Positions 25,668-38,051 of a stretch of 64,000 bases of DNA are shown here, piece by piece. This DNA is from Octopus vulgaris (taxonomy: Eukaryota). Location of the stretch: the NCBI GenBank assembly GCA_951406725.2, contig OX597814.1, positions 33,728,001 to 33,792,000 on the forward strand, given 5' to 3'. Position 1 is the stretch's first letter. The number at the start of each line of letters is the position of its first letter. Position numbers and translations under genes: made by a program. Under the pieces are notes generated by a model. The model did no database searches, was not told the DNA's origin, and saw only the letters and a program-made list of their open reading frames with translations.

Positions 25668-26336
25668 TACAATTATGTGCTTTGACTGCAGCATTAGAGC
25701 GTTTAGCTCTTATTTTTTAGCAATGTAGGTGTTTCTAAATCCATCAGTCATATTTATGTATATATACATATACATACATATATACACATACATACACACA
25801 GGCATACTTACGTAACCATGAAATTATGATTTGCTGAATTAAACCAAACTATCAGAGCAAGAAAAATACCTCTATAATACGATTATAATGAAGAGGGGTT
25901 GACCTAGCTACAAAAAAAAAAAGAAGAAGAAAATACGAAAGAAATAATATTGCTTGCCTGCTTACAAACGGGAAGCAGAACAAGTGAGCTATAAAGTTGC
26001 TGGCACCATTCTAAGTATATTTTAAATATTCAAAATGAGAGTAGAAAAACTGCAAATGAAGAAATATAACGTTTATACAAGCCAAAGAGAGCAGTTCAGA
26101 CATAACAAACTTGAAGTACTCTCATTAATGTAAGGAGATAGTATTACTGGCAAATGCTCTCGACAGGTTTTTGTTCCAAACAAAATTGAGCGTGGCTTGG
26201 TGAGAGAAAGTTCGAAGGGCACTGTTAATCTGTAAAACTGGCGAATATCCGCTGAACAAGTGTAAAGCAAACATTTTAATTACGATGTACTGAAGATCTG
26301 AAAATATTTTCACAGTTATTTCCGTGTCCAAACTTT

Positions 26337-26780
26337 GGATCTTTACCTTTTGACCGACAGATTTTAAAAAATTATTATTTGTAACTAAACACTTTCAAAC
26401 CTCGGACACTGGTAGAATGTGTCATATAAAATATCTTTTACTCTTCACGTTTTTGAGAAAAGCTTATATTTACGAAGCTATTTCACGTTAAAGTTGTCGT
26501 ATTTCGGTAATTTCAACTTATCAATGACGTGTATTCAGCTGAATAAAATTACTGTTGTTGTTTGTCAACAAGAACTTCCGGCGGTGTATATTTCGTTTGT
26601 CACTGTTATTTATGACAACCCCAACCCTATAACCCTAACCCTAACCCTAAAACCTTCGAGCCAAAACCAGTACAAACGCACGAACGATGTCATAAATAAC
26701 AGTGACAAACGAAAAATCACCGCCGATAGTTGTAATTTTATTCAGCAGAATACACGTCATTGATTGGTTGAAATTAGAGA
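26337..26780 (+). mobile_element. MITE related to family B, with an internal palindrome around (CCCTAA)3
   Basis: GGATCTTTACCTTTTGACCG start and shared GTAACTAAACACTTTCAAAC...GGTAGAATGTGTCATATAAAA block. Relatives at ~5770-6030 (-) and 39200-39455. Confidence 0.65.
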
Positions 26781-26788
26781 GTGAGGGA

Positions 26789-26824
<36 letters not shown>

Positions 26825-26825
26825 C

Positions 26826-26876
<51 letters not shown>

Positions 26877-27306
26877 GGCAGGCAGGCAGACAGACAGACA
26901 GACAGACAGGCAGACAGACAGGGACAGCGAGGGTCAGATACGAAAAAAAAGAGATGCTCTTCGGCGAAGTGCTGAGTAAAAAAAAGAAAAACTGAATATG
27001 GGTCCTGTATTTGTAATATATTTCCATTTTAAATTAGGTCAGGCCAAACAAAAGATTCTTTTCTTATCAGGTTTTGAAGTGTATTTAACCTAAGTGTTTT
27101 AAGGAAAAAATAGGGCTTATCTAAATATTAATATTCCAGTTGACACTCATAAACTTCTTAGTGTAAATGCCGAGAACAATGGAAATGAGTTTACAGAAAA
27201 ATCTGGACTAAGTTTCGAATCCTGGCTAAGAATCCAGGAAGCGATTCGCTTCATATACATATACTTACATATAATACGCGTCTGTTTATGTGTGTGTGTG
27301 TATATA

Positions 27307-27363
<57 letters not shown>

Positions 27364-27463
27364 CCTCTCAACTTCTGTTCTTTCAACATGTGATCTCTTG
27401 AGTACCACCAGCTCAAATATTTTTTCCTCTGTCTTCCCTTCTTGGGATCTTTCCTTCTCCTTG

Positions 27464-27496
27464 TTTCCGACGAAGATCTCCGCTCGAAACGTTAAA
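27464..27496 (+). ncRNA. Minimal hammerhead-like motif (CCGACGA core) in a PLE-pLTR-like segment
   Basis: TTT-CCGACGA-A-GATC-TCC-GCTC-GAAA-CG-TTA-AA. Stem II is imperfect and stem I is very short. Confidence 0.4.
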
Positions 27497-27598
27497 TCCT
27501 CCTTCCCTTCTTTCCTGAGCGTCAATAATACTTTAATTGTTCCACGTCCTGCGTTGCTGTGTTTTTTTCTCTTTTTTTCTGTGTTTTCTTGTTTGGAT

Positions 27599-27666
<68 letters not shown>

Positions 27667-28293
27667 CATACACGCACACATACATGCATGCACATACGCA
27701 CAAACATACATGCAACAAACTTATACCTGCACACACAGACACTCGCAGGCATAGTAGAAGTCAACTCGTTTCAGGGTACTTTATGGGAAGTCGTGATTTT
27801 TCTGGATGTAGGCAATCAAAGAGTTGCTAATCAGTTCCAGAATTAAGCAAGTTTTACTAAGACCACCTTCCTAGATCGTTTCTGATTAACAGATAAGCGA
27901 TAGCTTCCCTGGAAAGGCCGCTCAATCCGAGTTACCAGCTGTTATGTGTAGTTTGCGTTCTAATGGGATAGACAACCAAATGAAAACCATTGTTATTGTT
28001 ACGTGTTTATTGACTTTACATGATACACGGACGACGACATTCAGCGTAGTAATACATTATATACTTTACACACAGTTGTACTGTTCACTAACAAAATAGT
28101 GCCAAGAGTTGGGATGTAGTTTGGCATACGCAAACACATAGATATGAATGTGTAACACCAGCCAAATCTTTCATTTCACCATAATTTGGAAAAGAAGCTA
28201 CCAGTATCACAAGACGCCTACGCTAATCCCTGTTGCTGCAGGGTTTTTGTTTTCCCTCATAGTGCATTTCCCAAGAAGTACTTCTGCGTAAGT

Positions 28294-28590
28294 GGAGGTA
28301 AGTGGCCTAGTTTTTAGAGCAGCGGACTCGCGGTCGAGGGATCACGGGTTCGAACCTCAGACTGGGTAATGTGTGTGCTTATGAGCGAAACACCTAAGCT
28401 CTACGCAGCTCCGGCAGAAGGTAATGGCGAACTTCTGCTGACTCTTTCGCCACAATTTTCTCTCACTCTTTCCTCCTGCATCTTGCAGCTCACCTGCGAC
28501 AGACCGGCGTCCCGTCCAGGTGGGGAACCTATACGCCAAGGAAACCAGGAAACCGGCCCTTATGAGCCAGGCATGGCTCGAGAAAGAACA
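28294..28590 (+). mobile_element. SINE family 2 variant with a Meta-like central block (tail type c)
   Basis: tRNA-like head and CCTGCGACAGACCGGCGTCCCGTCCAGG...GAAACC block. A reverse copy lies at 33025-33337. Confidence 0.7.
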
Positions 28591-28889
28591 GACTTCCACG
28601 TAAAATTGATTGTTTGTGAAGCATGTGTAGAACTGCACTAGTTTTTTTCAGATAGAACTACTTTCCTCCCTAGAGTCAGCATTGCCTGGAACGAAGTGGA
28701 AGCGCTAGGGGACAAAGATGATGCGGTCCGTCCCGAATGATGCATTAATGGTGGCGATAGTTTAGGCCTGCTGTATAATCCTATATAGGCTGTACTGAAA
28801 CAATGAACACGTTGCTCAGAGCTGGCTAGACCCAACCCGGGTGAACGCCGCCGTATGTAGAAGTCAGTACCAATTGAGACTTATTTATG

Positions 28890-29271
28890 TGGAAGCACTC
28901 CGTCGCTTACGACGATGAGGGTTCCGGTTGATCCGATCAACGGAACAGCCTGCTCGTGAAATTAACGTGTAAGTGGCTGAGCACTCTACAGACACGTGCA
29001 CCATTAACGTAGTTCTCGGGGATATTCAGCGTGACACAGAGAGTGACAAGGCCGGCCCCTTGAAATACAGGTACAACAGAAACAGGAAGTAAGAGTGAGA
29101 GAAAGTTGTGGTGAAAGAGTACAGCAGGGATCACCACCATCCCTGCCGGAGCCTCGTGGAGCTTTAGGTGTTTTCGCTCAATAAACACTCACAACGCCCG
29201 GTCTGGGAATCGAAACCGCGATCCTACGACCGCGAGTCCGCTGCCCTAACCACTGGGCCATTGCGCCTCCA
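28890..29271 (-). mobile_element. SINE family 2 (tail type b), young copy
   Basis: Near-identical to 30996-31384. TSD ~TTATTTATG. Confidence 0.85.
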
Positions 29272-29890
29272 GTTATTTATGAACGTCTGCGCGTGTGCGT
29301 ACGAGTTTGGGTATTGGTGTAATTAAAATTTCTGTACAGATTTTGTTAAAATTTCCCTGTTAAAATATCGGAATTGGTTAATTCTTGCAAACACATATAT
29401 CAATATCTATCGAGTAATTTCTAAATACCATACAGTTAAGATATTTTATTTCCACTTAATGGATATGCAGTACCCTGAAAGAGGGTCATGTGTATGTGTG
29501 TGTGAATGTGTGAGTGTGTTTACAGAACAGACCTCGTGGTAACATTATCGTAGAATCCATAAAGTGAAACCAGGAAAGAAAAAAAGTACATTCACGCTAA
29601 CTCTGACGCAATGTTGACCTAATATCCTAGAATACTATTATTTTCGCCTCTTTTCACCCATTTTACCTTCTATCAAATTTTTTGGTAAATTGTTGTCATG
29701 GCATTATAAAATTAAACACAAATTAATTTTGAGTGAAGCTTTATAATAAACATGAGAAGAAATACAGTAATCCCTCGACTATCGCGGGTGTTACGTTCCA
29801 AAAACCCTCGCGATACGTGAATTCCGCGAAGTAGAAACAGTACTTTATTTACATTTGACGGATATTTGTCCTCATCTTGTTTGTTGTTAG

Positions 29891-29933
29891 CACAACGTTT
29901 CGGCTGATATACCCTCCAGGCTTCATCAGAACC
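29891..29933 (-). ncRNA. Degenerate minimal hammerhead motif in the Penelope pLTR
   Basis: Minus strand CTGATGA-A-GCCTG-GAGGGTATAT-CAGCC-GAAA-C-GTT. One stem II mismatch; stem I disrupted. Confidence 0.6.
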
Positions 29934-30995
29934 TGGGTTCTCATTCCTAAGGTATTTGTCGCCGTCGTCATTATTGTTGTTGTTGTTCAGGTCACTGCCT
30001 GGAATCGAACTCGAAATCTTGGGGTTAGTGGCCCGCGCGTAGAGCGTTAGTGACACGAGCATATGGCGTAGTGGCAATTATGGAGTGGATTTTAGGGCTT
30101 ATAAATCTAATATTTTCCTATTCTTCCTTAATACCGGTTCCCATATGCTATTCATATCTGCACTTGGCCTGCTTAGGAGGTTGTTGTGTCCTAGCATATG
30201 TGCTGGTTATTTTAGTTTTCGTATTTTCCAGTGGTGTTCGCAGTCTATTATTTTACCTTCATCCCACAGGGGGAGGTGGTCTCCATTTTCCCATACATGA
30301 TCAGCTATACCCGATTTATCAATATCTCCTCTTGTCACAGCTTTGCGATGTTCCTTTACCCTTATTTTGAGAGGGCGGCATGTTTCGTCTTTGTATAACC
30401 TACCACAGCTGCATGGGATGGAGTACACGAAGTTTTTGGTCATATTCTCTTCTATTGGTGGTTTTACTCGAAGGAGATATTTGCGAAGTGTTGTATTACT
30501 CTTGAATACTGTCCTGATGTCATATGAGCCACATATCTTTTGTATCCTTTCGGAGAGGCCTTTCACATAGGGTAGACAGACTGTGGACAGTTTATCGCTT
30601 TCATCCTCTCTTTTCTTCATAATTGGTGAACCCATAGCTAAACCCTCTTCTTGTCGATATATATCAGTGTCCATACTGAAGTAGGTAGTTCCTACACAGA
30701 AGGTCAACGTTTCCATTAAGTTTCTTATTGGTATACTAGTGCGTTCTTTTAGATGGGTGTCTGTCACTACTTTTTCTTGAATCACTGATAGTGTTTCACC
30801 AGTTGGGACTTTGGTGAACAGACTTATCACATCTAGACTCACTATCTGGTTAGATTCAATGGGGGTATCCTTGTTCAGTTCTGTGAAGTGGGTGGAATTC
30901 TTCACGTACGATGTTGACTTCCTTGCTAATGGACTGATTATATCCACAAAGAAGCGGCTTAGTGGGTGACATGCTGAACCTCTACAGCTCATTAT

Positions 30996-31384
30996 GGGAT
31001 GGAAGCACTCCGTCGGTTACGACGATGAGGGTTCCGGTTGATCCGAATCAACGGAACAGCCTGCTCGTGAAATTAACGTGTAAGTGGCTGAGCACTCCAC
31101 AGACACGTGTACCCTTAACGAAGTTCTCGGGGATATTCAGCGTGACACAGAGAGTGACAAGGCCGGCCCTTTGAAATACAGGTACAACAGAAACAGGAAG
31201 TAAGAGTGAGAGAAAGTTGTGGTGAAAGAGTACAGCAGGGATCACCACCATCCCCTGCCGGAGACTCGTGGAGCTTTAGGTGTTTTCGCTCAATAAACAC
31301 TCACAACGCCCGGTCTGGGAATCGAAACCGCGATCCTACGACCGCGAGTCCGCTGCCCTAACCACTGGGCCATTGCGCCTCCAC
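30996..31384 (-). mobile_element. SINE family 2 (tail type b) inserted in the Penelope RT
   Basis: 12-bp TSD ACAGCTCATTAT at 30984-95 and 31385-96. Confidence 0.9.
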
Positions 31385-33024
31385 ACAGCTCATTATAAGC
31401 CTTTATGGAATGCCATCCTTGTGAATCTTAGGGAGACCGTACATGTGTGGTAGTTTAATGTAGTGTTGAGTCAGTTGTTTGTACTTCATTGGTGTAAAGT
31501 GATCCTTGTTCTTGATCTAGATCTGTGACAACTTACTCTCTGTTTTCAGAGTTGGGTCTTTCTTTACTTTGCTGTAGCTATCATCATTAATAAGACTTGC
31601 CAAACAAGATGAGGACAAATATTCGTCAAATGTAAATAATGTACATAATTCCTCATCTCTTAAACATAGAACAGAAACAGTACTGTATTTTTTTATTATT
31701 ATTTTTATAATTCGCATATATTTATCATAAATGCTAAACAACACCACAGAAGAATCGACGTAAGTGATAGGTGAACCGCGATAAGTGAACTGCGATAGGT
31801 GAATCGCGATATGGCGAGGGACTTCTGTAAAGACATTCATGAAATACTGCAATTATCATATTTTTATCTTTTTACCTTTCACTTGTTCAGTCATAAACTG
31901 TGGCCATGCTGGAGCATCGGCTTGAAGAATTTTAGACGACCGAATCGAGCACAATACTTATTTTTTAAAGCCCGATGTTTATTCTATCGGTCTTTTTTGT
32001 CGAACCGCTAAATCATAGGGGACATAAATACACCAACACCGGTTGTCAAGCGGCGAGACACACACACACATGCATACATACATACATACATACATACATA
32101 CATACACGATTGGTATCTTTCGGTTCCGGTCTACCAAATCCACTCACAAGGCTTTGGTCGGACCGACGCTATAATAGAAGACACTTGCCCAAAGTGCTGC
32201 GCAGTGCGACTGAACCCGGAACCATGAAGTTGGGAAGCAAACTTCTTACCACACAGCCACGCTTGCACCTGTATTGAATAAATTTTTTTTAAAAAAGTAA
32301 TCGAGAGTTGTTTCTTAGAACATAGCATATCGCTAGCTCTGATCGAAATCTAGAATGCTACTGGGAAAATTTTTATGTAGTCTCCTCCTAACAAGAGGCT
32401 AGCCTCGAAGTATTCAATAGTTTCTGACACTTTTAGAGTAAATGTGGAGTTTCTTCCTTATCTCTTTTCTGTGGATCGAGAATCGACGACATATTCACTT
32501 CTGCCGGTACTTTACGGACAATCTCGACGTCTGTCGGGTGGATTTGTCATCGACAGAATGTCAAATGTATGGCTCTTCACACGCCTTCTCTACCTCACGT
32601 ACAACCTCAGTTAGGTTGTGCAGATCTGTCATGTCACCATGACCTTCTGTCATTGAATGGCTTGGTGAAAAGCTTAGCTCCTGACCTTTCTCCCAGCATT
32701 TCTCTACACATAATAAGCTGACATCAACCCAGATTGACCCACCACCACCACCATCATCCCAAGTGGCAAAGTTCATTCACTCTCATACTTTTCAGACAGG
32801 CTTCAAGCGATTTTGTATATTGCTACGAATAAATTTACGTTTGTAAATCTGCTTCGCCTAGCCAAACAGCTACTCTGTGTTGACGAAGAGTAATAACCCT
32901 GGAGCAAGTCCACAGATGTTGCTTTGTGCTGGGCGGGAATGTTGGATTCCCGGTTCGAAAATATAAGGACACAGATAATGTGTCTTATAGCCAACTAGAA
33001 ACGATGTTTCTTGTGGCTCATAAA

Positions 33025-33337
33025 CAGTTGTTTTTGTTTGTTCCTTCTCGAGTCACGTCTGGCTCATAAGGGCCAGTTCCCCGGTTTCCTTGGCGTATAG
33101 GTTCCCCACCTGGACGGGACGCCGGTCCGTCGCGGGTGAGCTGCAAGATGCAGGAGGAAATAGTGAGAGAAAGTTGTGGCGAAAGAGTCAGCAGAAGTTC
33201 ACCATTACCTTCTGTTGGAGCCGCGTGGAGCTTAGATGTTTCGCTCATAAGCACACACATCGCCCGGTCTGAGATTCGAACCCGCAATCCCTCGACAGCG
33301 AGTCCACTGCTCTAACCACCAGGCCATGTGCCTCCAC
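33025..33337 (-). mobile_element. SINE family 2 variant (tail type c)
   Basis: Reverse complement of 28294-28590. Flanked by a CTCATAAACAGT duplication. Confidence 0.75.
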
Positions 33338-33795
33338 TCATAAACAGTAACAGTAACAATAGTAACAACGTCCCTTACAGGACAGCCATATTATGTTGGT
33401 AATTAATTTTTAATAATAAATAAGATGATTTCCTGATCTAGGGCTAAACTTTAGATCAAGAAAACATTCTGTCACAGGTTTCGAAGCTGTCAGCTGGCCA
33501 ATAGATGGACACAGTTGCCAAGTAAATAAATAAATATAAATGATTAAATAAAAGCTTGCATTATGTCTTTTACTTAAGCCAATGAGCGCAACAGCAGGGT
33601 CAAAAATTCGTTTCCTAAAACGAATTTTCGAAGATGACTCTTCCCATTCAAGTAGTGTTGCAGTGTCTGGTCTCCATTGGTAACAACTTCACGTTTGACA
33701 ACGTGGAAATAGATACTCTAAGTTAATCATTGGAAAACTGCAACCCGCGAGATTTTCTGAACAGGACGCTTAACGAAAAATTACCTCGATTTTGA

Positions 33796-34205
33796 TTCTC
33801 TTTACTCTTTTACTCTTTTACTCTTTTACTTGTTTCAGTCATTTGACTGCGGCCATGCTGGAGCACCGCCTTTAGTCGACCAAATCGACCCCGGGTCTTA
33901 TTCTTTGTAAGCCCAGTACTTATTCTATCGGTCTCTTTTGCCGAACCGCTAAGTGACGGGGACGTAAACACACCAGCATCGGTTGTCAAGCAATGCTAGG
34001 GGGACAAACACAGACACACAAACACACACATACATATATATATATACATATATACGACAGGCTTCTTTCAGTTTCCGTCTACCAAATCCACTCGGCCCGG
34101 GGCTATAGCAGAAGACACTTGCCCAAGATGCCACGCAGTGGGACTGAACCCGGAACCATGTGGTTGGTTAGCAAGCTACTTACCACACAGCCACTCCTGC
34201 GCCTC
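33796..34205 (-). mobile_element. SINE family 1 copy
   Basis: Reverse complement of 528-933 with a (TACTCTTT)n tail. Confidence 0.85.
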
Positions 34206-34336
34206 TTCTTTTTTTTTTTTTTTTTTTGTAACAGTACGGCCCACCTGATTATCCATGTCTCATACGGCCCACTTCTCGAAAAGGTTGCTCATGCCCGTTC
34301 TAACTGACGCGTTCCAGTCTGGTTTACTCAAAACTG

Positions 34337-34718
34337 GGATCTTTTCGGTTTGAACGGCAGTTTTTAACATAATTTCTAGGTAACTAAAAAATTTTATAAA
34401 CTTCGTATACTGGTAGAATGTGTTTATAAAACATCTTTTTCTCTTGGCTTTATTGAGAAAATTCTATAGTTTGTAAGATATCTGTTGCTTTTTTTCTTCA
34501 ATTTCTGCAATTTCAACCAATCACTGACGTCCATTGAGGTAAAAAAAAAAACATTCTGTGCCGTATGAATATGTTCCTCGTTTAAGAAACAGATCGGGTT
34601 TATTTACATTTGTGAAGAAAAAAATATACCCTTCCCCCACCTCTAACCCTAACCCTAAAACAGACTGAAATGCAATAGATCGATACTAGAGTCATAATTA
34701 TGGGTGACAATTTCATAT
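34337..34718 (+). mobile_element. MITE family B, right end missing
   Basis: GGATCTTTTCGGTTTGAACGGCAG TIR. Body matches 37040-37478. Confidence 0.75.
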
Positions 34719-35298
34719 TTGTTCTCTCATGTAGTCGCCCAAGTTGTAAGGGTTATTTTTAAAGTTGAGCCGAGTTTTCTCTAGCAGCGATACTGTCGGT
34801 TGAGTGCCTGTCTCCTGACTCTAACGCTCTAGAAATCGTGTGACGGCATTTAAAACGGTCTAGTCATCAAGTGCTAGCTTTGAACTATTAGATTTCTCCA
34901 TTGATCTGCTTGTTGAACAACTCGTCCCGAGCTTAGACAACAGGAACGAAAAATTGAAGGCTCTCTTGGGCTTATGAGTTTGGCTTTTAGTCCTACTTCG
35001 ACTCTGTACAGCGACGCGTGTAATATTCTTGAGAGTTTCAGTCACACGGTTTTAATCCCGGTATTTCAAGGCCTCGGGCGATTTGAGCTTAATTGGGTCA
35101 AGTGTGTGGAGCTTATCTTTCACCTTTTTCTTTTTTTTTTTTTCTCTTTCATGCAGTTTGTTCAATTTTGATGTAAAACAAACTAGCAAAATATAACACG
35201 AAATTAACAAAACTCATGAATCTTTATGCTCTGGAAAGATAGAGAAAATATTCTATGACTCATTGCGTTAAATTATGGGCGCCTGATAATAGACTACA

Positions 35299-35511
<213 letters not shown>

Positions 35512-36390
35512 TTAGACACACAGACTCCTCGAAAGTCAGACGTTCATGCGAATGTGGTCAGGCCACTTAGAATTAGGAACTCAGGGTAATCCATGAGTGG
35601 TGGTGGTGGTGGTGGTGGTGAATGATGGTGAAAGGATACGTGATGTGACAGATGGTGAAGCTGGGGGATAATTATAATAAGTTTCTTTATTGGCCACACA
35701 GGGCTGCACACAGATGGGACAAGTTACAAGGTAGAGCTTTTCTTTTGGGGGATGAAAAAAAAGAAAAAAAAGCTGGCGTAGGTTTTCGATCAAAAGGGGA
35801 TCGTAAAAGGGAGAAAAGAACAAAAAGAAAAAAAGAAAAAGAAGAAAAAAAGGAAAAGAAAAAAAAGAAAAAAGGGAAAAGGAACAAAAGGAAAGAAAAA
35901 TGAAATAAGAAGAAAAAAGGGGAAGAGGAAAGAAAAAAACGATCAATAGGGATCGTGTTATCACACTGTCATGATGTATGGTGTAAAGATGTTAACAAAA
36001 ATAGCACAGAGAAATTACCGTGGGAAGTTGAGTATCCTACAGAAGAGAAATAAAATAAAGTTATCAGAGTTTAGCATCGTCCACGTTTGAGAAATTGACT
36101 GCAACCGCTGAGGAACGGAAAACTTCGTGATCTTCAAGCGTGGACAGGAAATTACGGGCGAGAGAAACGAAAAAAGGGAAAGAAACTGAGGTAAGAGGCG
36201 AAGGGAAAGATATCAATATAAAAAAACGTGTGAGAGAAAAAGGGGAAAAAACTTTCATTAAAAAACCCCTCGAAAATTATATTAATTGAATATAGATTAG
36301 ACGAATTAGACGGTCGTATTAGACGAATGGCAAATGTTGTTACATTAAAAGAAAAATAATAACCCGTCTTATACACTTGCATAGATAATA

Positions 36391-36531
36391 TTAGGTTGTC
36401 CCAAAAGTTCGTGAACACTTGCGAAAATTGAATTTTTACTCGCCAAGCACTAACAAAAACAACAAAAATTATTCCTCAAAATAAAGACCATTATTTTCCA
36501 AGACTTTCTACGAACTTTTGGGACAACCTTA
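36391..36531. mobile_element. Mariner-type MITE (141 bp)
   Basis: TA-flanked TIRs TTAGGTTGTCCCAAAAGTTCGT / ACGAACTTTTGGGACAACCTTA. Confidence 0.8.
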
Positions 36532-37039
36532 TAGTACTTTATTTTATCGTCAGGGAACGACCAAATGGCGAAGTTGACCTCGGGTAGGATTTGCGCCTAC
36601 ACAAGATTGCTTTTTACTTCCCTAGGGAGATGATATGTACTGAGGACGGGGGGGGGGCGAAGCGTTGAATGATTCACTACAAAAAAGTTATGCGAGATTA
36701 ATTAGGATTGCAAATTAGAACGTGTCAAAATCATTAGATATAAAATTATATTAATTGAAGAACGCTTTTATGAGAACTATATAAGATACTTCTGCAGGAA
36801 GTAATGAATAGTATCACCATTCATTAATGAATGGTATCACTAATAAGAGATTAATTATCGCTCAGGTTAATAAATCACCGACATTAACGCATGTATGATC
36901 TATCAACGAAATAATGGCGACAGCTAAAATGCTGATGACTGTATATGCTGAGTGAGGAAAATGACACTGATGAGTAACATTACTAGGAAAGAGAATATAA
37001 TTACTCTATTTTATTCTTTTTTAATTTAATATTTTAACT

Positions 37040-37478
37040 GGATCTTTTCGGTTTGAACGGCAGTTTTTTCTAGCGGTGTCATATGAAATTGTCACCCATA
37101 ATTATGACCCTAGTATCGATCTATTGCATTTCAATCTGTTATAGGGTTAGGGTTAGTAAGGGTTTGGGTTAGTGTTAGGGGTGGGGGAAGGGTATCTTTT
37201 TTTTCTTCACAAATGTAAATAAACCCAATCTGTTTCTTAAACGAGGGACATATTCATACGGCACAGAATGCTTTTTACCTCAATAGACGTAATTGATTGG
37301 TTGAAATTGCAGAAATTGAAGAAAAAAAGCAACAAATATCTTACAAACTATAGAATTTTCTCAATAAAGCCAAGAGAAAAAGATGTTTTATAAACACATT
37401 CTACCAGTATACGAAATTTAGATTTTCTTAGTTGCCTAGAAATTATGTTAAAAACTGCCGTTCAAACCGAAAAGATCC
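37040..37478. mobile_element. MITE family B, complete (439 bp), carrying TTAGGG-like repeats
   Basis: Perfect ~28-bp TIRs GGATCTTTTCGGTTTGAACGGCAGTTTT and internal AGGGTTAGGGTTAG. A partial copy lies at 59325-59602. Confidence 0.85.
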
Positions 37479-37517
37479 TAAACATGGATTAGAGTAAGGT
37501 ATAGAGGTAATCCGTCG

Positions 37518-37518
37518 G

Positions 37519-37597
<79 letters not shown>
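37518..37597. repeat. (GATA)n microsatellite
   Basis: Direct reading. Confidence 0.95.
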
Positions 37598-37598
<1 letters not shown>

Positions 37599-37628
37599 AG
37601 TAGCTTTTAAGAAAATCTATTTTTATAT

Positions 37629-38051
37629 GGCTTTAGTCCCTTATGTTATCGAGCAGTTACTGTCTATATCCCTTTTAGAGAATTATTATTGCTTTCGAAC
37701 AGATTTTCGAAATCAGCAAATGTATTTTGCTTGAAAATCTATATAAGAAAATCCTGCAGAGTGAGAATTCGTCGAGGAAGCGGAGGCCTACCACACGCCG
37801 ATGATAGGCAATACACCTTGAAACCATGGTCCGTGTGTGGTTTCCGCTTCATCGGGGAATTACCTCCCTTTGCAGGTTTAGGGCACCGTGACGGTGTCGA
37901 GCCTTTCTGGTGACGTCGATGTTCGCCTGGGGCTAAATGCAACAGTAACACCCCCACCACCCTGCCCTGTCCCTAGCCATATTCAGATGGCTTTAGTCCC
38001 TTATGTTATCGAGCAGTTACTGTCTATATCCCTTTTAGAGAATTATTATTG
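37629..38051 (+). mobile_element. Retrozyme-like / non-autonomous PLE-type element: 360-bp unit with 67-bp terminal redundancy and a TSD
   Basis: Identical 67-bp direct repeats at 37627-37693 and 37987-38053. CTATTTTTATAT is duplicated at 37617-28 and 38052-63. Internal hammerhead motif; no meaningful ORF. Confidence 0.75.
37792..37837 (+). ncRNA. Type I hammerhead ribozyme motif (CCGAUGA core variant)
   Basis: Stem I CACACG/CGTGTG; CCGATGA 37798-804; stem II T-AGG..CCT-T; GAAA 37820-23; palindromic ACCATGGT stem III; GTC 37829-31. Confidence 0.7.

Larger units (their letters stand above)
29841..31672 (-). mobile_element. Decayed Penelope-like element (RT + GIY-YIG endonuclease) with a pLTR remnant and an inverted terminal segment
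   Basis: PHMYGLPKIHKDGIP, VSLDVISLFTKVP and YRQEEGLAMGSP (PLE RT; internal deletion removes the DD motif); VYSIPCSCGRLY..T.RPLKIRVKEH (GIY-YIG). 29842-29882 is inverted at ~31602-31644. Confidence 0.92.
29764..31826. mobile_element. pogo/Tigger-like MITE split by a Penelope insertion
   Basis: TA-CAGTAATCCCTCG...CGAGGGACTTCTG-TA termini. AGAAACAGTACT is duplicated at 29833-44 and 31673-84 around the insert. Confidence 0.7.

Noticed and set aside
36965-36992. CTGATGA-GTAA-CA-TTAC-TAG-GAAA as a hammerhead
   Set aside because: Three extra bases before GAAA, a 2-nt loop, and no stem I, stem III or NUH site.
37810-37860. Antisense hammerhead (CCGATGA-AGCG-GAAAC) in the retrozyme-like unit
   Set aside because: No stem II and no stem I pairing on the minus strand. 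The segment is explained as part of the long plus-strand helix.
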